A stretch of DNA of 33,565 nucleotides from Octopus sinensis (GCF_006345805.1 NW_021831982.1:1-33565), one strand, 5' to 3'; counted from the stretch's first letter, positions 1-10,731 are shown. Notes: a model not told the origin generated them from the sequence alone. Program-made: numbers and translations.

Positions 1-727
1 TGGATGGTGTAGTATGTGGTAGTATTGATGTGCAGTGTATTAAGTTTCTCATGTATAGTAGTGTTAGTTTGCAGTGTATTGTAGTATTAAGCTTTTGCCT
101 AGATGCCTTAGTGTATTGTGTATCAATATATATTAATTTTTGCATGACTGTGTTTTGTACAGTGTGGTTCTAGATTTTGTGAGATGTGTCATGTGTGTTA
201 GTATTACCAGCTGATAGTATATTATATAGAAGTAATTTTAAAGATTCTTCGAATACTTTATTTCATTAATATTTGAGATAACGATAATTACAATTTGAGA
301 TCTGTACCCTTAAGATATCATGAAATATATTTTTTTTTTAATATAATCAAATTAATTTCCAGAGATATAAATTCTGAATACAGTCACTCTGTAATATCAA
401 AAGACATAGTAACTATTTAAATTACATGTTGTGAGATGGCATGTATTACTTTATATGGGAACGAATAGTAAGAATTAAGGTGTACATTATGCCAACTGCG
501 ACTGAAATGGAAATAGGGTATCTAAAATAAAGGAATACAATTAACGACAACTGTAAGAACACAACAGTACCAAACCTAATAACAAGTATATGATCTAAAA
601 CAACATTTACAACAATAAAGGTTGTACAAGTCTAGTATTTTATGAAGTGCATACATCTCCTTGAATTAAACTCACTGTAACGCAATTATTTCCTTTGTGG
701 AACTAGGGTGACAAAACTTAGGTACAC

Positions 728-880
728 CTTGCAGCAATTTTGACGTGAAAATCGCAAAAGAACACAACTAAATCTGACTGCAAGTCCATCAGAATGAATC
801 TTTACGAAACTGTACGATAAGTATTCAAGAATCACAGGATAGAATTGAGGGACTTCATCTTGACAGCCCGAACGCATAAT
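728..880 (-). CDS. Candidate internal coding exon of an unidentified host gene (IMRSGCQDEVPQFYPVILEYLSYSFVKIHSDGLAVRFSCVLLRFSRQNCCK)
   Basis: Acceptor ttttAG (882-881) and donor AAG|GTGTAC (727-726). 153 nt, phase 0/0, one open frame, unique non-repetitive sequence. No family recognised. Confidence 0.4.
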
Positions 881-1080
881 CTAAAATATATATTCTGAAT
901 ATCAAACACATACAAGGAAATTATCTAGTATACGAATACGTGGTCAACATCCGTAACATTAAATACAGTTATAACGTAACGATAATTTCCCCTACGGGAC
1001 TCATTGTATACATTGAAATGTCAATAAAATAAACACACCAGATTGTTCATTTATAAAATCGAATAATGTAGAGAAAAATA

Positions 1081-1195
1081 TTATTATTATCATTATATTA
1101 TTATTATTATTATTATTATTATTTATTATTATTATTATTATTATTATTCTTATTATTATTATTATTATTATTATTATATTATTATTAGTATTATT

Positions 1196-1232
<37 letters not shown>

Positions 1233-1266
1233 CCATCATCATTATCATTATTATTATTATTTTTAT
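1081..1266. repeat. Compound (ATT)n/(CAT)n microsatellite
   Basis: Direct reading. Confidence 0.95.
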
Positions 1267-1546
1267 TGAGTGAAAGAGCAGTGCATGTCATCAAAATGAC
1301 ACTGGGGGTAAAATATACGAAGCCCAGTATACCCATCATGACTACCCGTCTAGGCACATGCATCACAGCTATAAGTGCGTGACATGGTGATCTCATATCA
1401 AGATAAAAAAAAAAAAAAACCATGACTTTGCAGTCAGACTTTTCTTCTGGTCGAGCAGCCCATCCCGCTCAAAAGGTCACTGAATAAGGGTTGTTTAGGG
1501 ATGCTGAACGAAACTCTCGTCTGTAGAGGTGAATTATTCAAACACC
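1267..1546 (-). mobile_element. Truncated copy of an interspersed retroposon-like repeat with (AAT)n tail
   Basis: Clearly aligns with 12683-12978 (e.g. GGTAAAATATACGAAGCCCAGTATACCCATCAT, GACATGGTGATCTCATATCAAGATAAA). Both copies end in an (ATT)n run on the left. Confidence 0.8.
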
Positions 1547-1766
1547 TAAGGCCTTCACATGTAGAAAAGCCTTAGGGAGCTAGTTAGGTATTTTGCATGT
1601 GAAGCCCTTTGGGGATAAATTGGAGTCAGTTTAGCAAACATACCCTGCTTTTTTTGTTCAAAAAGTAAAATGGTGAATGGGGTTTATTCTTCCGCTGAAA
1701 ATATGAGTCAGTTAACCGTAGAACAGAACAACGAAATTGTAAGTCATTATCAGCTGTAGTAACAGT

Positions 1767-1957
1767 GGAGGCGCAATGGCCCAGTGGTTAGGGCAGCGGA
1801 CTCGCGATCGGAAGATCGCGTCTTCGATTCCCGGACCGAGCGTTGTGTGTGTTTATTGATCGAAAACACCTAAAGCTCCACGAGGCTCCGGCAGGGGGTG
1901 GTGGCGACCCCTGTTGTACTCTTTCGTTCCAACTTCCTCTCACTCTTTCTTACTGCG
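1767..1957 (+). mobile_element. tRNA-derived SINE (5' part)
   Basis: Head GGAGGCGCAATGGCCCAGTGGTTAGGGCAGCGG (A box) and TTCGATTCCC (B box), continuing into a non-tRNA body. Confidence 0.8.
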
Positions 1958-2025
1958 ACTTCCTACGACTTTCTTCCCCGACTTCCTCCGCAACCGCTGA
2001 GCCTGGATGCGCATTCATCCATCCT

Positions 2026-2310
2026 CATTTCGATCTTTGGTAGACCAAAATGGGCTCATGGTACTCGAGCCCGAACAGATTCGTGTGGCATTTCAGCAAC
2101 GCTTTGCTAAACTATTTGGAACGAATGGTAATCTGGAACGCAGGAATGAACTTCAGTGCCTACCTCTACGGTATGCCATGATTTTGACAAGTGGAGCAAA
2201 GTGTTGTAAAATGATAAAACAATTGCGGAAATACGGGATACAATGATGGGTTGCACAGTAGGGTAGGGGTATCAACTGCAGTCTCAATAACTGGTTTGGA
2301 TAGTCAGAAA
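2026..2310 (+). mobile_element. Degenerate L1/Tx1-like LINE ORF2 fragment
   Basis: FRSLVDQNGLMVLEPEQIRVAFQQRFAKLFG resembles the EN-RT linker. A decayed 'PGLDG' (ACTGGTTTGGATAGT) follows. Confidence 0.5.
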
Positions 2311-2787
2311 TATATATTGTTGCTGTTCTTGTAGAATTAATATTTGTGTGATAGCGGAAGCGGTGTCTGTTGTTTGGGTTAGTGTGGAGGTCGTTTTGGG
2401 GTCACTTTTCGTTTATTCCCGATCGTTACTGCTATGGCTGCTTCTGTTGCTGTTTTTTGTTTTCTCTCTCTTTTTTTTTTCTTTTTTGTCTTTGCTGATG
2501 TATCTGTGATTTGTGTGTCGACCATATCAGTTATTGGTAGGAAAATAATGTTTAATGACTGTTCCAACAGCTGTCTCTTCCCCCGATTTTGGGAAGCCTT
2601 GTTATAATTTTTTGTTTTGAAATATAAAAATCTAATTTCTAAAGATCAAAATATTCGCACCTAAAGGGCAAATTTTTAGCTAAACCAGTTCTGTGTAAGC
2701 AAAGCGAGAGAGCTTATTTAGTAACAATCCAATAAAAATTCCAATACCAAATGATAAAAAACAAATTTCAAAGAAACTTAAGAGCCT

Positions 2788-2917
2788 AATAATAATAACG
2801 ATAATAATAACAAAAAAACACAACAACAACAACAATAATGATAACAATAATAATAACAATAATAATAACAATAATAATAATAATAATAATAATAATATAA
2901 AATAATATAATATTATA

Positions 2918-2956
<39 letters not shown>

Positions 2957-3019
2957 AGAAGAAGAAGAAGAGAAAGAAAGAAGAATAACACAATAATAAT
3001 AATTAAAATAATAATAATA
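2788..3019. repeat. (AAT)n/(AAC)n/(GAA)n microsatellite
   Basis: Direct reading. Confidence 0.95.
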
Positions 3020-3333
3020 ATAGGAGCACTAGGAATGATCAAGAAGGAACCGAAAATTATATGAGAATGATCCCTGGCTTACTTTCCCTGCAAGAAGTGC
3101 AAAAGATTGTCTTAACTGGTACATCACACTTATTGAGAAGAGCATTGTCGTTGTGAGAACTATTTCTACCCATGTATTTTAATTTAACTTTTTTTCTATC
3201 ATAAAAAAAAAATGAACGAACTAGTGAGTTTAGTTTAATGGCCTACCAATGTATACTATGAGTTTCTTTGCCTTAGGAGTCGGAAAGACACTCGGCAAGA
3301 AATGGAAGCAAATTTGAAAGAAGAAGAAAAACC
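3020..3333 (+). mobile_element. 3' end of an RLE-type non-LTR retrotransposon (R4/Dong-like)
   Basis: IGALGMIK..ENYMRMIPGLLSLQEVQKIVLTGTSHLLRRALSL* (one frameshift, stop at 3154-3156), then a 3' UTR running into (AAT)n. (TAA)n lies on both sides. Confidence 0.75.
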
Positions 3334-3400
<67 letters not shown>

Positions 3401-3401
3401 T
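3334..3401. repeat. (AAT)n microsatellite
   Basis: Direct reading. Confidence 0.97.
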
Positions 3402-3627
3402 TCCTTCAAACGGCAGCAGCAGCAGCAATATTGATAGTAGCAGTTGTACTAATATGAGCTATTATTTCTGGTTGTGTTAGTTGTGGATAAAGTGGATGCG
3501 ATGGTTTTGTTGCAATGCCGATATGGGTAGCATTGGATGTTCCGTTAATTGTTCTTTGTAAGTACTTAAGTAGCATATACTTCATGAGACTCCGGAATGA
3601 ACATCACTTTTAATTATTATTGCTGCG

Positions 3628-3642
3628 GCTACTACTACTACT

Positions 3643-3703
<61 letters not shown>

Positions 3704-3853
3704 GATGGTGGTGGTGTTGGTGTTGGTGGTAGTTGTAGTAGTAGTAGTAGTAGTGGTGGTGGTGGTGGTGGTGGTGGTAGTAGTAGTAGTAGTGGTGATG
3801 GTGATGGTGTTAGTGGTGGTGGTGGTAGTACTAGTAGTAGTAGTAGTAGTAGT
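3628..3853. repeat. (TAG)n/(TGG)n microsatellite
   Basis: Direct reading. Confidence 0.95.
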
Positions 3854-4106
3854 GTCATTATTATCTCCCCATTCGCAAACACAATCACTATACGTTTCTT
3901 TGATGAACAAGAAAAAACTTTCAAACGTATTGTACGTATAAATTGATTGAATGTTAAGTATCTTACAGCAACGAAAGAATGGTTCACTATGACGGCTACC
4001 AAAATAATGATGCTGAGTGGGTGGAAAATAGAAATATACTGTAAATGAATGAATATGTACTCAGGTATATTTATATATATATATATATGTATATATATAA
4101 ATGTAG

Positions 4107-4138
<32 letters not shown>

Positions 4139-4619
4139 TTACATAGAGATAGAGTGTGTGGGACTTATCCCTTTGCTGCGTTTCTACTTCCTTCCATACA
4201 AAAATCTTCAATGCTGAACACTAATTGATTGAAAAAGTCTCAGACGTAAGTATCGCAAATATTTTACCATTATATAATTCAATATATGTTTTGCAATGAC
4301 CTACAACTACCCTTTTTTATTATTGGTATTTTCGTGGTCTTGTTATATGATATTTTGCTTTGTTTTGTTGTTTTCATTATAACACTATTGTGGTGAACAA
4401 ACTGAGAACTTTCAAATATCTTTTCTCTTTCCTTGTTGGTTATTACTTTACGCGTTCCTTTATTTTGACGTGAAGTTTATCTACTAAATAGTTCTTGTCT
4501 TTTTTATATTTTATATCCAGTATGTGGTTATTTCATGCTGCTATTTCTCTCTCCATTATTTTTTGTTTCGAATAAATACGCATTTATCTCAAATCAGACG
4601 AACAATTTTAGGTTGGATG

Positions 4620-4875
4620 ATACGGAAGTATGCAAAATAATGCAATCGAGGGGTTCAGATATCGTGTCGAAAGGTGTGACGAAAGGGGAGAAAGCTGGTA
4701 AAGAGGAGTGTGCAAGCGAGAAGAATGGATGCGTGGTCATTTGCTAAGTTTTAAAGGAGAATTGTGTTAATCGCATTGCAGGAAAAGTTGAATCGAGTAT
4801 TAAAGTCTATACTATAGAACAGGCACTAGATTGAAAACAACACTTTAGGTGTCCGAGGGTTGTGACGATTGCATT
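4620..4875 (+). mobile_element. Possible highly decayed Penelope-like GIY-YIG fragment
   Basis: Short peptides EGFRYRVE and EWMRGHLLSFK loosely resemble PLE endonuclease motifs. A hammerhead-like motif follows at 5040. Confidence 0.3.
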
Positions 4876-5039
4876 TTCTTTTCTTAACTAGACTGCCGTT
4901 CTTTCTGCTTTCTTGCTTATCTTTCATTTTTCTCTTTTTTCTTTCTCGTTATTTTTTCTGTCTATCACTTTCTTTTTATCTCTGTTTATTTCCCTTTCAA
5001 AATGCCCAACTTCAAGCATTACATGATACAATTAAGTTG

Positions 5040-5135
5040 TTCCTCCGATGATCGATTGCTATCCATTATTCAATTGCTATTGGAGGTTCACTGCAGATGA
5101 TGCAAATGGCCTCAATCGTGAAACGTGCGTAGGAA
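5040..5135 (+). ncRNA. Hammerhead ribozyme-like motif (type I, long stem II, U4C variant)
   Basis: TTCC-T-CCGATGA-T-CGATTG...CAATCG-T-GAAAC-GTGC-GTA-GGAA. Confidence 0.6.
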
Positions 5136-5176
5136 ACAAATGATAGCCACATCTTTTGTTTCTCATATTTTTACTA

Positions 5177-5262
5177 TATATGTATGTACATATATACCTG
5201 TATTTATAGACACGTATATCCGTATATAAATATGTGTATATATATGTATGCACACACACACG

Positions 5263-5326
<64 letters not shown>

Positions 5327-5412
5327 TACATGTATATATATATATATATAAATATAATATATATGCATTATATATCTATATATCTATATATCTATATATA
5401 CATATATATATG
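5177..5412. repeat. (TA)n/(CA)n microsatellite region
   Basis: Direct reading. Confidence 0.9.
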
Positions 5413-5417
5413 TATTA

Positions 5418-5826
5418 TTACTCTCTTTACTCTTTTACTCTTTACACTTGTTTCCGTCATTTAACTGCGGCCATGCTGGAGCACCGCCTTTTAGTCGAGC
5501 AAATCGACTCCAGGACTTATTCTTTGTAAGCCTAGTACTTATTCTATCAGTCTTTTTTTGCTGAACCACTAAGTTACGGGGACGTAAACACACCACCGTC
5601 GGTTGTCAAGCAATGATGGGGGGACAAACACAGACACACAAACATATACACACATTCATATATACGACGGGCTTCTTTCAGTTTCCGTCTACCAAATCCA
5701 CTCACAGGTTTTGGTGGGCCCGAGGCTATAGTAGAAGACACTTGCCTAAGGTGCCACGCAGTGTGAATGAACCCGGAACCATGTGGTTGGTAAGCAAGCT
5801 ACTTACCACACAGCCACTCCTGCGCC
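5418..5826 (-). mobile_element. Full-length tRNA-derived SINE
   Basis: Head GGCGCAGGAGTGGCTGTGTGGTAAG...GGGTTCATTC, internal (TG)n, 3' end GGTGCTCCAGCATGGCCGCAG...GAAACAAGT plus an AAAGAGT-like repeated tail. Homologous copies at 13688, 16803 and 33452. Confidence 0.9.
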
Positions 5827-5829
<3 letters not shown>

Positions 5830-5863
<34 letters not shown>

Positions 5864-5877
5864 GTACATATATATAA

Positions 5878-5928
<51 letters not shown>

Positions 5929-6006
5929 AATCTGCCTATCTATAAATATATATATATATATAAAGATAGATATGTATATATATATATTATATATATATAT
6001 ATATAT

Positions 6007-6038
<32 letters not shown>

Positions 6039-6040
6039 GC
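5830..6040. repeat. (TA)n/(TATC)n microsatellite
   Basis: Direct reading. Confidence 0.95.
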
Positions 6041-6248
6041 ATACACGTATTGATGCATTCAGAATCACCTTCTTAGTCCTGCATGCATATGTGCACCATA
6101 ACTCGTGTATGTGTGTATATCACTATATATGCGTTTGAATGCGCGCATTTCAGAAAACTTATGAGTTGATTCATGTCTGCATGCATATAGATTTGTATGT
6201 GTCTGTAATATATATGTGTACATGGTATAGCCCAAAACTCTAACAAAG

Positions 6249-6455
6249 GTGTGTGTTTGCATGTATGTGTGTGCGGGTGGGCGGGCGTGTGTCTGTGCGT
6301 ATGCGTGCGTGTGTGTGTGTGTATGTATGTACGTATATATGCAAGCATGTATATATGTGTGTGAGTGTATGTCTATGTGTGCGTCTGCTTGTTTATGTGC
6401 ATGTGTGTATGTGTGTATGTTTATGCTTGTATGTAAATGCTTTTGTGCATGTATT
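6249..6455. repeat. Degenerate (TG)n/(TATG)n repeat
   Basis: Direct reading. Confidence 0.85.
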
Positions 6456-8284
6456 TGTTTTCGTATAACATTTCACGTCTGCTAAATGCAGATGAATACA
6501 TACGCATGTGAGTGCTTTTGTGAGTCTGTGATTCATGGTTATCTTGTTTAGTGTGCTGGGCAGAAAATAATTCAGCATAGTCTAATATTTTGCATCACAT
6601 CGATTTTTCGTGACTGCCAATATTTAGTCGGAAATGAAAGCACACAGATGTAACCTCAACGTCTTGACTTTAGTCACGGAACCTCTCTTCCACATATCAG
6701 TTTACCTTGTCTCAACGTTTAAATCATGCAGAAGAGATGGGTACTTAAAATAAAATAGACCGACCAAGAAACGTTATGAGTACACGTACTAGATACACAC
6801 AATGCAATAAATTATTTATGTCATGAAGAAGTGAAGTATAACGTTTCGGAGAAAATCTATTTGTCAGAAAGGGAGAACTGTTACCCGGTATTGAAAAATA
6901 TATAAATTTATATTATTGTGAGAAGGGGAGAGCGAGGAAAATAGATATTAGTGGAGAGAAGTTGCAAGTTTAGAGCAAGGACAAAACAAATGCATCGCAA
7001 GTAAATCTCATATTGAGGAGAACAGCATATGTTAACACCATAGAAGTGGTATACAAAGGTGACGTACACATACTCACGTACACACACATACAGTAAAGTA
7101 TAAAGACCAATTTGCATTCCTTAATACTTTTGTAAGAGTGAGATTTAATATTAAATTACTGGCCTGTTAACCATGTTTAATTTCATTATTATAATAACCT
7201 ATAGAACATAACTATAGCCTTTTAGACAAAACTGTTACTATCGTAAATAGTTTGGCTGTACAATATGTGTGCAAATTTTGAAAGATAATCTTAACCTCTA
7301 ATAGTTGTGGGTTTCGGGAATATATATGCGATTACTTAAAGCTAGTATAGAATTGCTGACAAAAATTCCCAAAACAATCGAAATCTACATATAGTATTCT
7401 CCCTTTAAATGTCCGTGTACATATCGTATAGATGAAACGTTTACAGTCGTCGCATCATACAATGTTGGCTAAAAAACCAACTCAGGAAATCGGATTGAGA
7501 TGTTTAGTGCGTCTAGATAATCATCCCTTCGTCACATTTTAAAGAAAATTGCACAAGTGAAACCCGAAACAGGAGTTCGATAAAGCGACGGAGTATTTTA
7601 CAAAGAAGAGTGATGTAAAAAGATTCCTATCCACAAAATAAAAGGTTCTCTGACATTGCCTACTAATGACCAATATTTCAATCTTTCTTTCCAATATTTT
7701 CGTTTCTATGAAATTTAAATTGTCTCTTCACCCACTGAAGAAAACTGATTCTAACAAATACAAAAGGAAACATTTCAAATCAACATGTTTGCTGATTAAA
7801 GATTTTCTTTAGTAGTACTGATAATGAGTGAAAGAAATAAAGGTATTCTTGTTTACCCTTTCAAATTTTAGGCCAATTTTGGATTACATTAGAAAATGTT
7901 AACGTAACTCTTTCATCGGAATAGTATTATCAAACTGAAATAATTAATCACCGATAAGTTTAATTTCAGATGTTTCGACATTAGCTGAAAAAAATGTAAC
8001 AATTGAATAACAATAAAAGAAAAGAGAAAACAAAGATAGTGAAAGAAGTGAACACATTATTAGTCGTAGTTTTAATCCAATTTCCTTGATGGAGAGGCTA
8101 ATGAGAAGAAAGAGAAGTAAATGAAAATAAATTATGTATAAAAAGATTAAAGAATAGGAGATTAAATAAAAGATACAAGTAAAACTAATAATAAAAATGA
8201 GACTGTAGGGGAAAATGATGATACTGACCGTGTTGGAAATGATGTCGACATATAATGCTGGTGCTACTGCCCCTATCGATATTG

Positions 8285-8476
8285 GCGACGATAACTATGA
8301 TGGTGATGATGGTGATGACGACGACGACGATGATTACGATGACGACATCGACTACGACGATGATGATTATGATAAAGATGACGACGACGACGGTGATGAT
8401 GATGAGGTGGACGATGATGTTACTGTTGATGACAACGATTTCGACGTTGTCCATATTGATGTTGTTGATGTTGTTG
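8285..8476. repeat. Degenerate (GAT)n/(GAC)n trinucleotide repeat
   Basis: Direct reading. Confidence 0.85.
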
Positions 8477-8979
8477 CACTACCACATTAAGTGTAAACAG
8501 TGAAAGCAAAAAGGGGGAAGTGAACTCTGGTGTATGATGACAAAAACAAAACGTTTTATGTTACTTTGCAGTAAACTCCTGCTAAAAATTGTTCTGTTTC
8601 AGGAACGATGTTAAATATAATTTCCCGCCTATAAGAGACTATTAGTCACTTGGTGTTAGGTATTAAAGTACTTTAAACTGAAAATATCTTGAAAACTATT
8701 TTATAACCAGCTTTATAAAACCAATTTTGAGGAAGCAGGTATCGAAATGTTCAGCTTCCCAGAAATATGAATGCTCAGAAATAAGATATAATTAATCTTG
8801 GAGAACTTTTCAGCGTATGTTCATATTAAGTTTAAATTATTTGTGACAACGAAATTAAATCTATAGCGTGAAAGAATAAACCGAAATGGCCAACTTCTGA
8901 CATAAGACGCATTGAAAACGCTCGATCTCACCCGGTAGCAAATCTTTTGCTACAGAACGTTCTATTTTCAAAACTGTCC

Positions 8980-9580
8980 TACGTCAGGTAGTTTGAGAAA
9001 AACAAGATTCCTTTAACCATCAATTTATGGTCAATTGAGAATTATAAGCAGTTATAATAATGCACACATTATCGATGTCACATACGAACCACTCATTGGC
9101 TACTGGATGGCGTCAGAGGTAATAATTCATTTGAGTTATCGAATCTATTTTAACACTTGGTGACGTAAAAGGACTTCTCCCTCTGACTCCATTTCGCAGC
9201 CAATGTACGCATAAAGAGAATACATACGGTATATGACATCGGCAATGTTTATATTATTTGAATAGTTATAATACAAAATTTAATTCTGTTTAGCCTGTGC
9301 GGTTGTATTGCATATCAGCAAATGCAAAATAAAGAATTAGCATATAAGTCTCAGACGAGCAATTGCATTTCGTTCCGCGATGACTCGAGTACACGAGGAC
9401 CATGAGGCCGATGCAAAAGCAGAACTATCGACATTAACTGTACACGATTACTTACGGGGGGAGTTGTCTCACCTGATTGAGATTTTCTGTCTTTTAACTC
9501 TCGTTCTCTTAAAATAATTTCTCCATCTTTGACACTATTCCGCATCCAATGAGCGCATAGACCAAACTCATACGGTAAGT
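8980..9580 (+). promoter_or_regulatory. Candidate Pol II promoter and first exon
   Basis: AGCCAATG on both strands (9094-9101 -, 9198-9205 +), CRE-like TACGTCA/TGGCGTCA/TGACGTAA (8980, 9108, 9161), TATAAG 9343-9348, CpG-richer sequence, donor ACG|GTAAGT at 9575. Confidence 0.3.
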
Positions 9581-9806
9581 ATGTGAAACCCATAAAGTAT
9601 ATTTTATATTAAGCCAGTGAATACTGTCTATTGCGTATTTACGTGTATACATGTGTGTATGTATGTATTATGTATGTATCTATCTATCAGTCTATCTATC
9701 TATCAATCAATCTATCTAGCAGTCACTCTATTTCTCGCCACGCATACATATATATGCACGCGCGCGCGCGTGTGTGTAACTGTTAGTGACAGAAGGTGTA
9801 TTAATA

Positions 9807-10355
9807 CCAGAGGCAATTTTTACGTCCAACTTATTGTGCGTGCTTTATTAGAAAGGCAAATTTTGAGTTATTTCCTTTAGGAGGACTTCTCATATGCCTG
9901 CGTAGGGCATAGAAGCACACATTTATATCGCTGGTAGACAAGAGTCGTCTGCTACGGGCGCGGGAACTGTCGGATCACGCTCTACCGGTCACCTCAGTAG
10001 CTGACGAGCTATAGCGGCATACCAGCCGACAGAAGCAGTTTTATTTTTTAATAAACTTTGTGGCTATTTGCGACAACTGTGCCTGAAATGACACTGAAAT
10101 ATTATGTCACTGGCAAAGAGATTCAGCTGGTATACTGCTACCGGAGGTCTGCCGCTGAAAAGAAAAGATAGGTCAAAATCGCATGACCTGACAATTTCTG
10201 CTCCTGTAGCAGACGGTTCTAGTATGCAAGCCATATAAATATGAGTGCTTTTCTACGCCATGCGTTCAATGAGAGGTCCACTGAAGGCAAATAATGCAGT
10301 TTTAGGCTTTTTGACACAACATCCACGTTAAGTTAGAGATAAAATTACATTTTGC
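9807..10355. mobile_element. Old fold-back/MITE-like element with long imperfect inverted arms
   Basis: About 9811-9980 aligns to the reverse complement of about 10180-10348 (e.g. CGTCTGCTAC/GTAGCAGACG). Inner arms near 10012-10029 and 10123-10140. TA at both ends. Confidence 0.75.
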
Positions 10356-10379
10356 TATACACACACACATATATATATA

Positions 10380-10525
10380 TAGAAATATTATTATTTCTAA
10401 GTCTCTCTAAAGGAGACTACGGCAGCGGTACTGGATATAAATAATTATCACCAAGCTAACATGGCTGTCCAGGAAAATAGGACGAATGCTGCCATTGATT
10501 AGCTCCAAACTACCGTCGCCTCTAG
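10380..10525 (-). repeat. Partial copy of the non-coding element at 12026-12340
   Basis: Direct repeat of 12026-12171 (AGAAATATTATTATTTCTAA...CCAAGCTAAC...GATTAGCTCCAA...GCCTCTAG). Confidence 0.9.
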
Positions 10526-10567
10526 CGTACTATTTTCCTGTACTGCCATGTTAGCTTGGCGATAACT

Positions 10568-10598
10568 ATTATTATTATCATTATTATTATTATTATTA

Positions 10599-10629
<31 letters not shown>

Positions 10630-10630
10630 C

Positions 10631-10661
<31 letters not shown>

Positions 10662-10663
10662 AT

Positions 10664-10730
<67 letters not shown>
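10568..10730. repeat. (ATT)n-(TA)n-(GATA)n compound microsatellite
   Basis: Direct reading. Confidence 0.97.

Positions 10731-10731
<1 letters not shown>

Noticed and set aside
1001-1423. 140-aa ORF with poly-N/D/I
   Set aside because: Translation of (ATT)/(CAT) microsatellite plus a repeat. The same applies to the low-complexity ORFs at 2680, 3597-4002, 5077-6485, 13473-14056, 17064-17635, 21834-22664 and 30749-31644.
1767-1840. tRNA gene
   Set aside because: No proper acceptor stem or terminator. It continues into a SINE body.
4556-4600. Minus-strand CTGATTTGA-hairpin-GAAAC resembling a hammerhead
   Set aside because: The core has extra bases, and there is no stem III, cleavage triplet or stem I.
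6724-6870. Two hammerhead-like strings (CAGAAGA...GAAACGTT on + and CTGACAA...GAAACGTT on -)
   Set aside because: Cores are mutated and stem II does not pair convincingly, so they cannot be told from chance.
8215-8490. Acidic poly-Asp ORF resembling a biomineralisation protein
   Set aside because: Degenerate (GAT)n microsatellite that is open in several frames, with no signal peptide or splice support.
9456-9593. Minus-strand ORF segment ending at a GTAAGT donor (MGFTYLPYEFG...GETTPP)
   Set aside because: No upstream acceptor and no recognisable domain. It overlaps an equally plausible plus-strand model.
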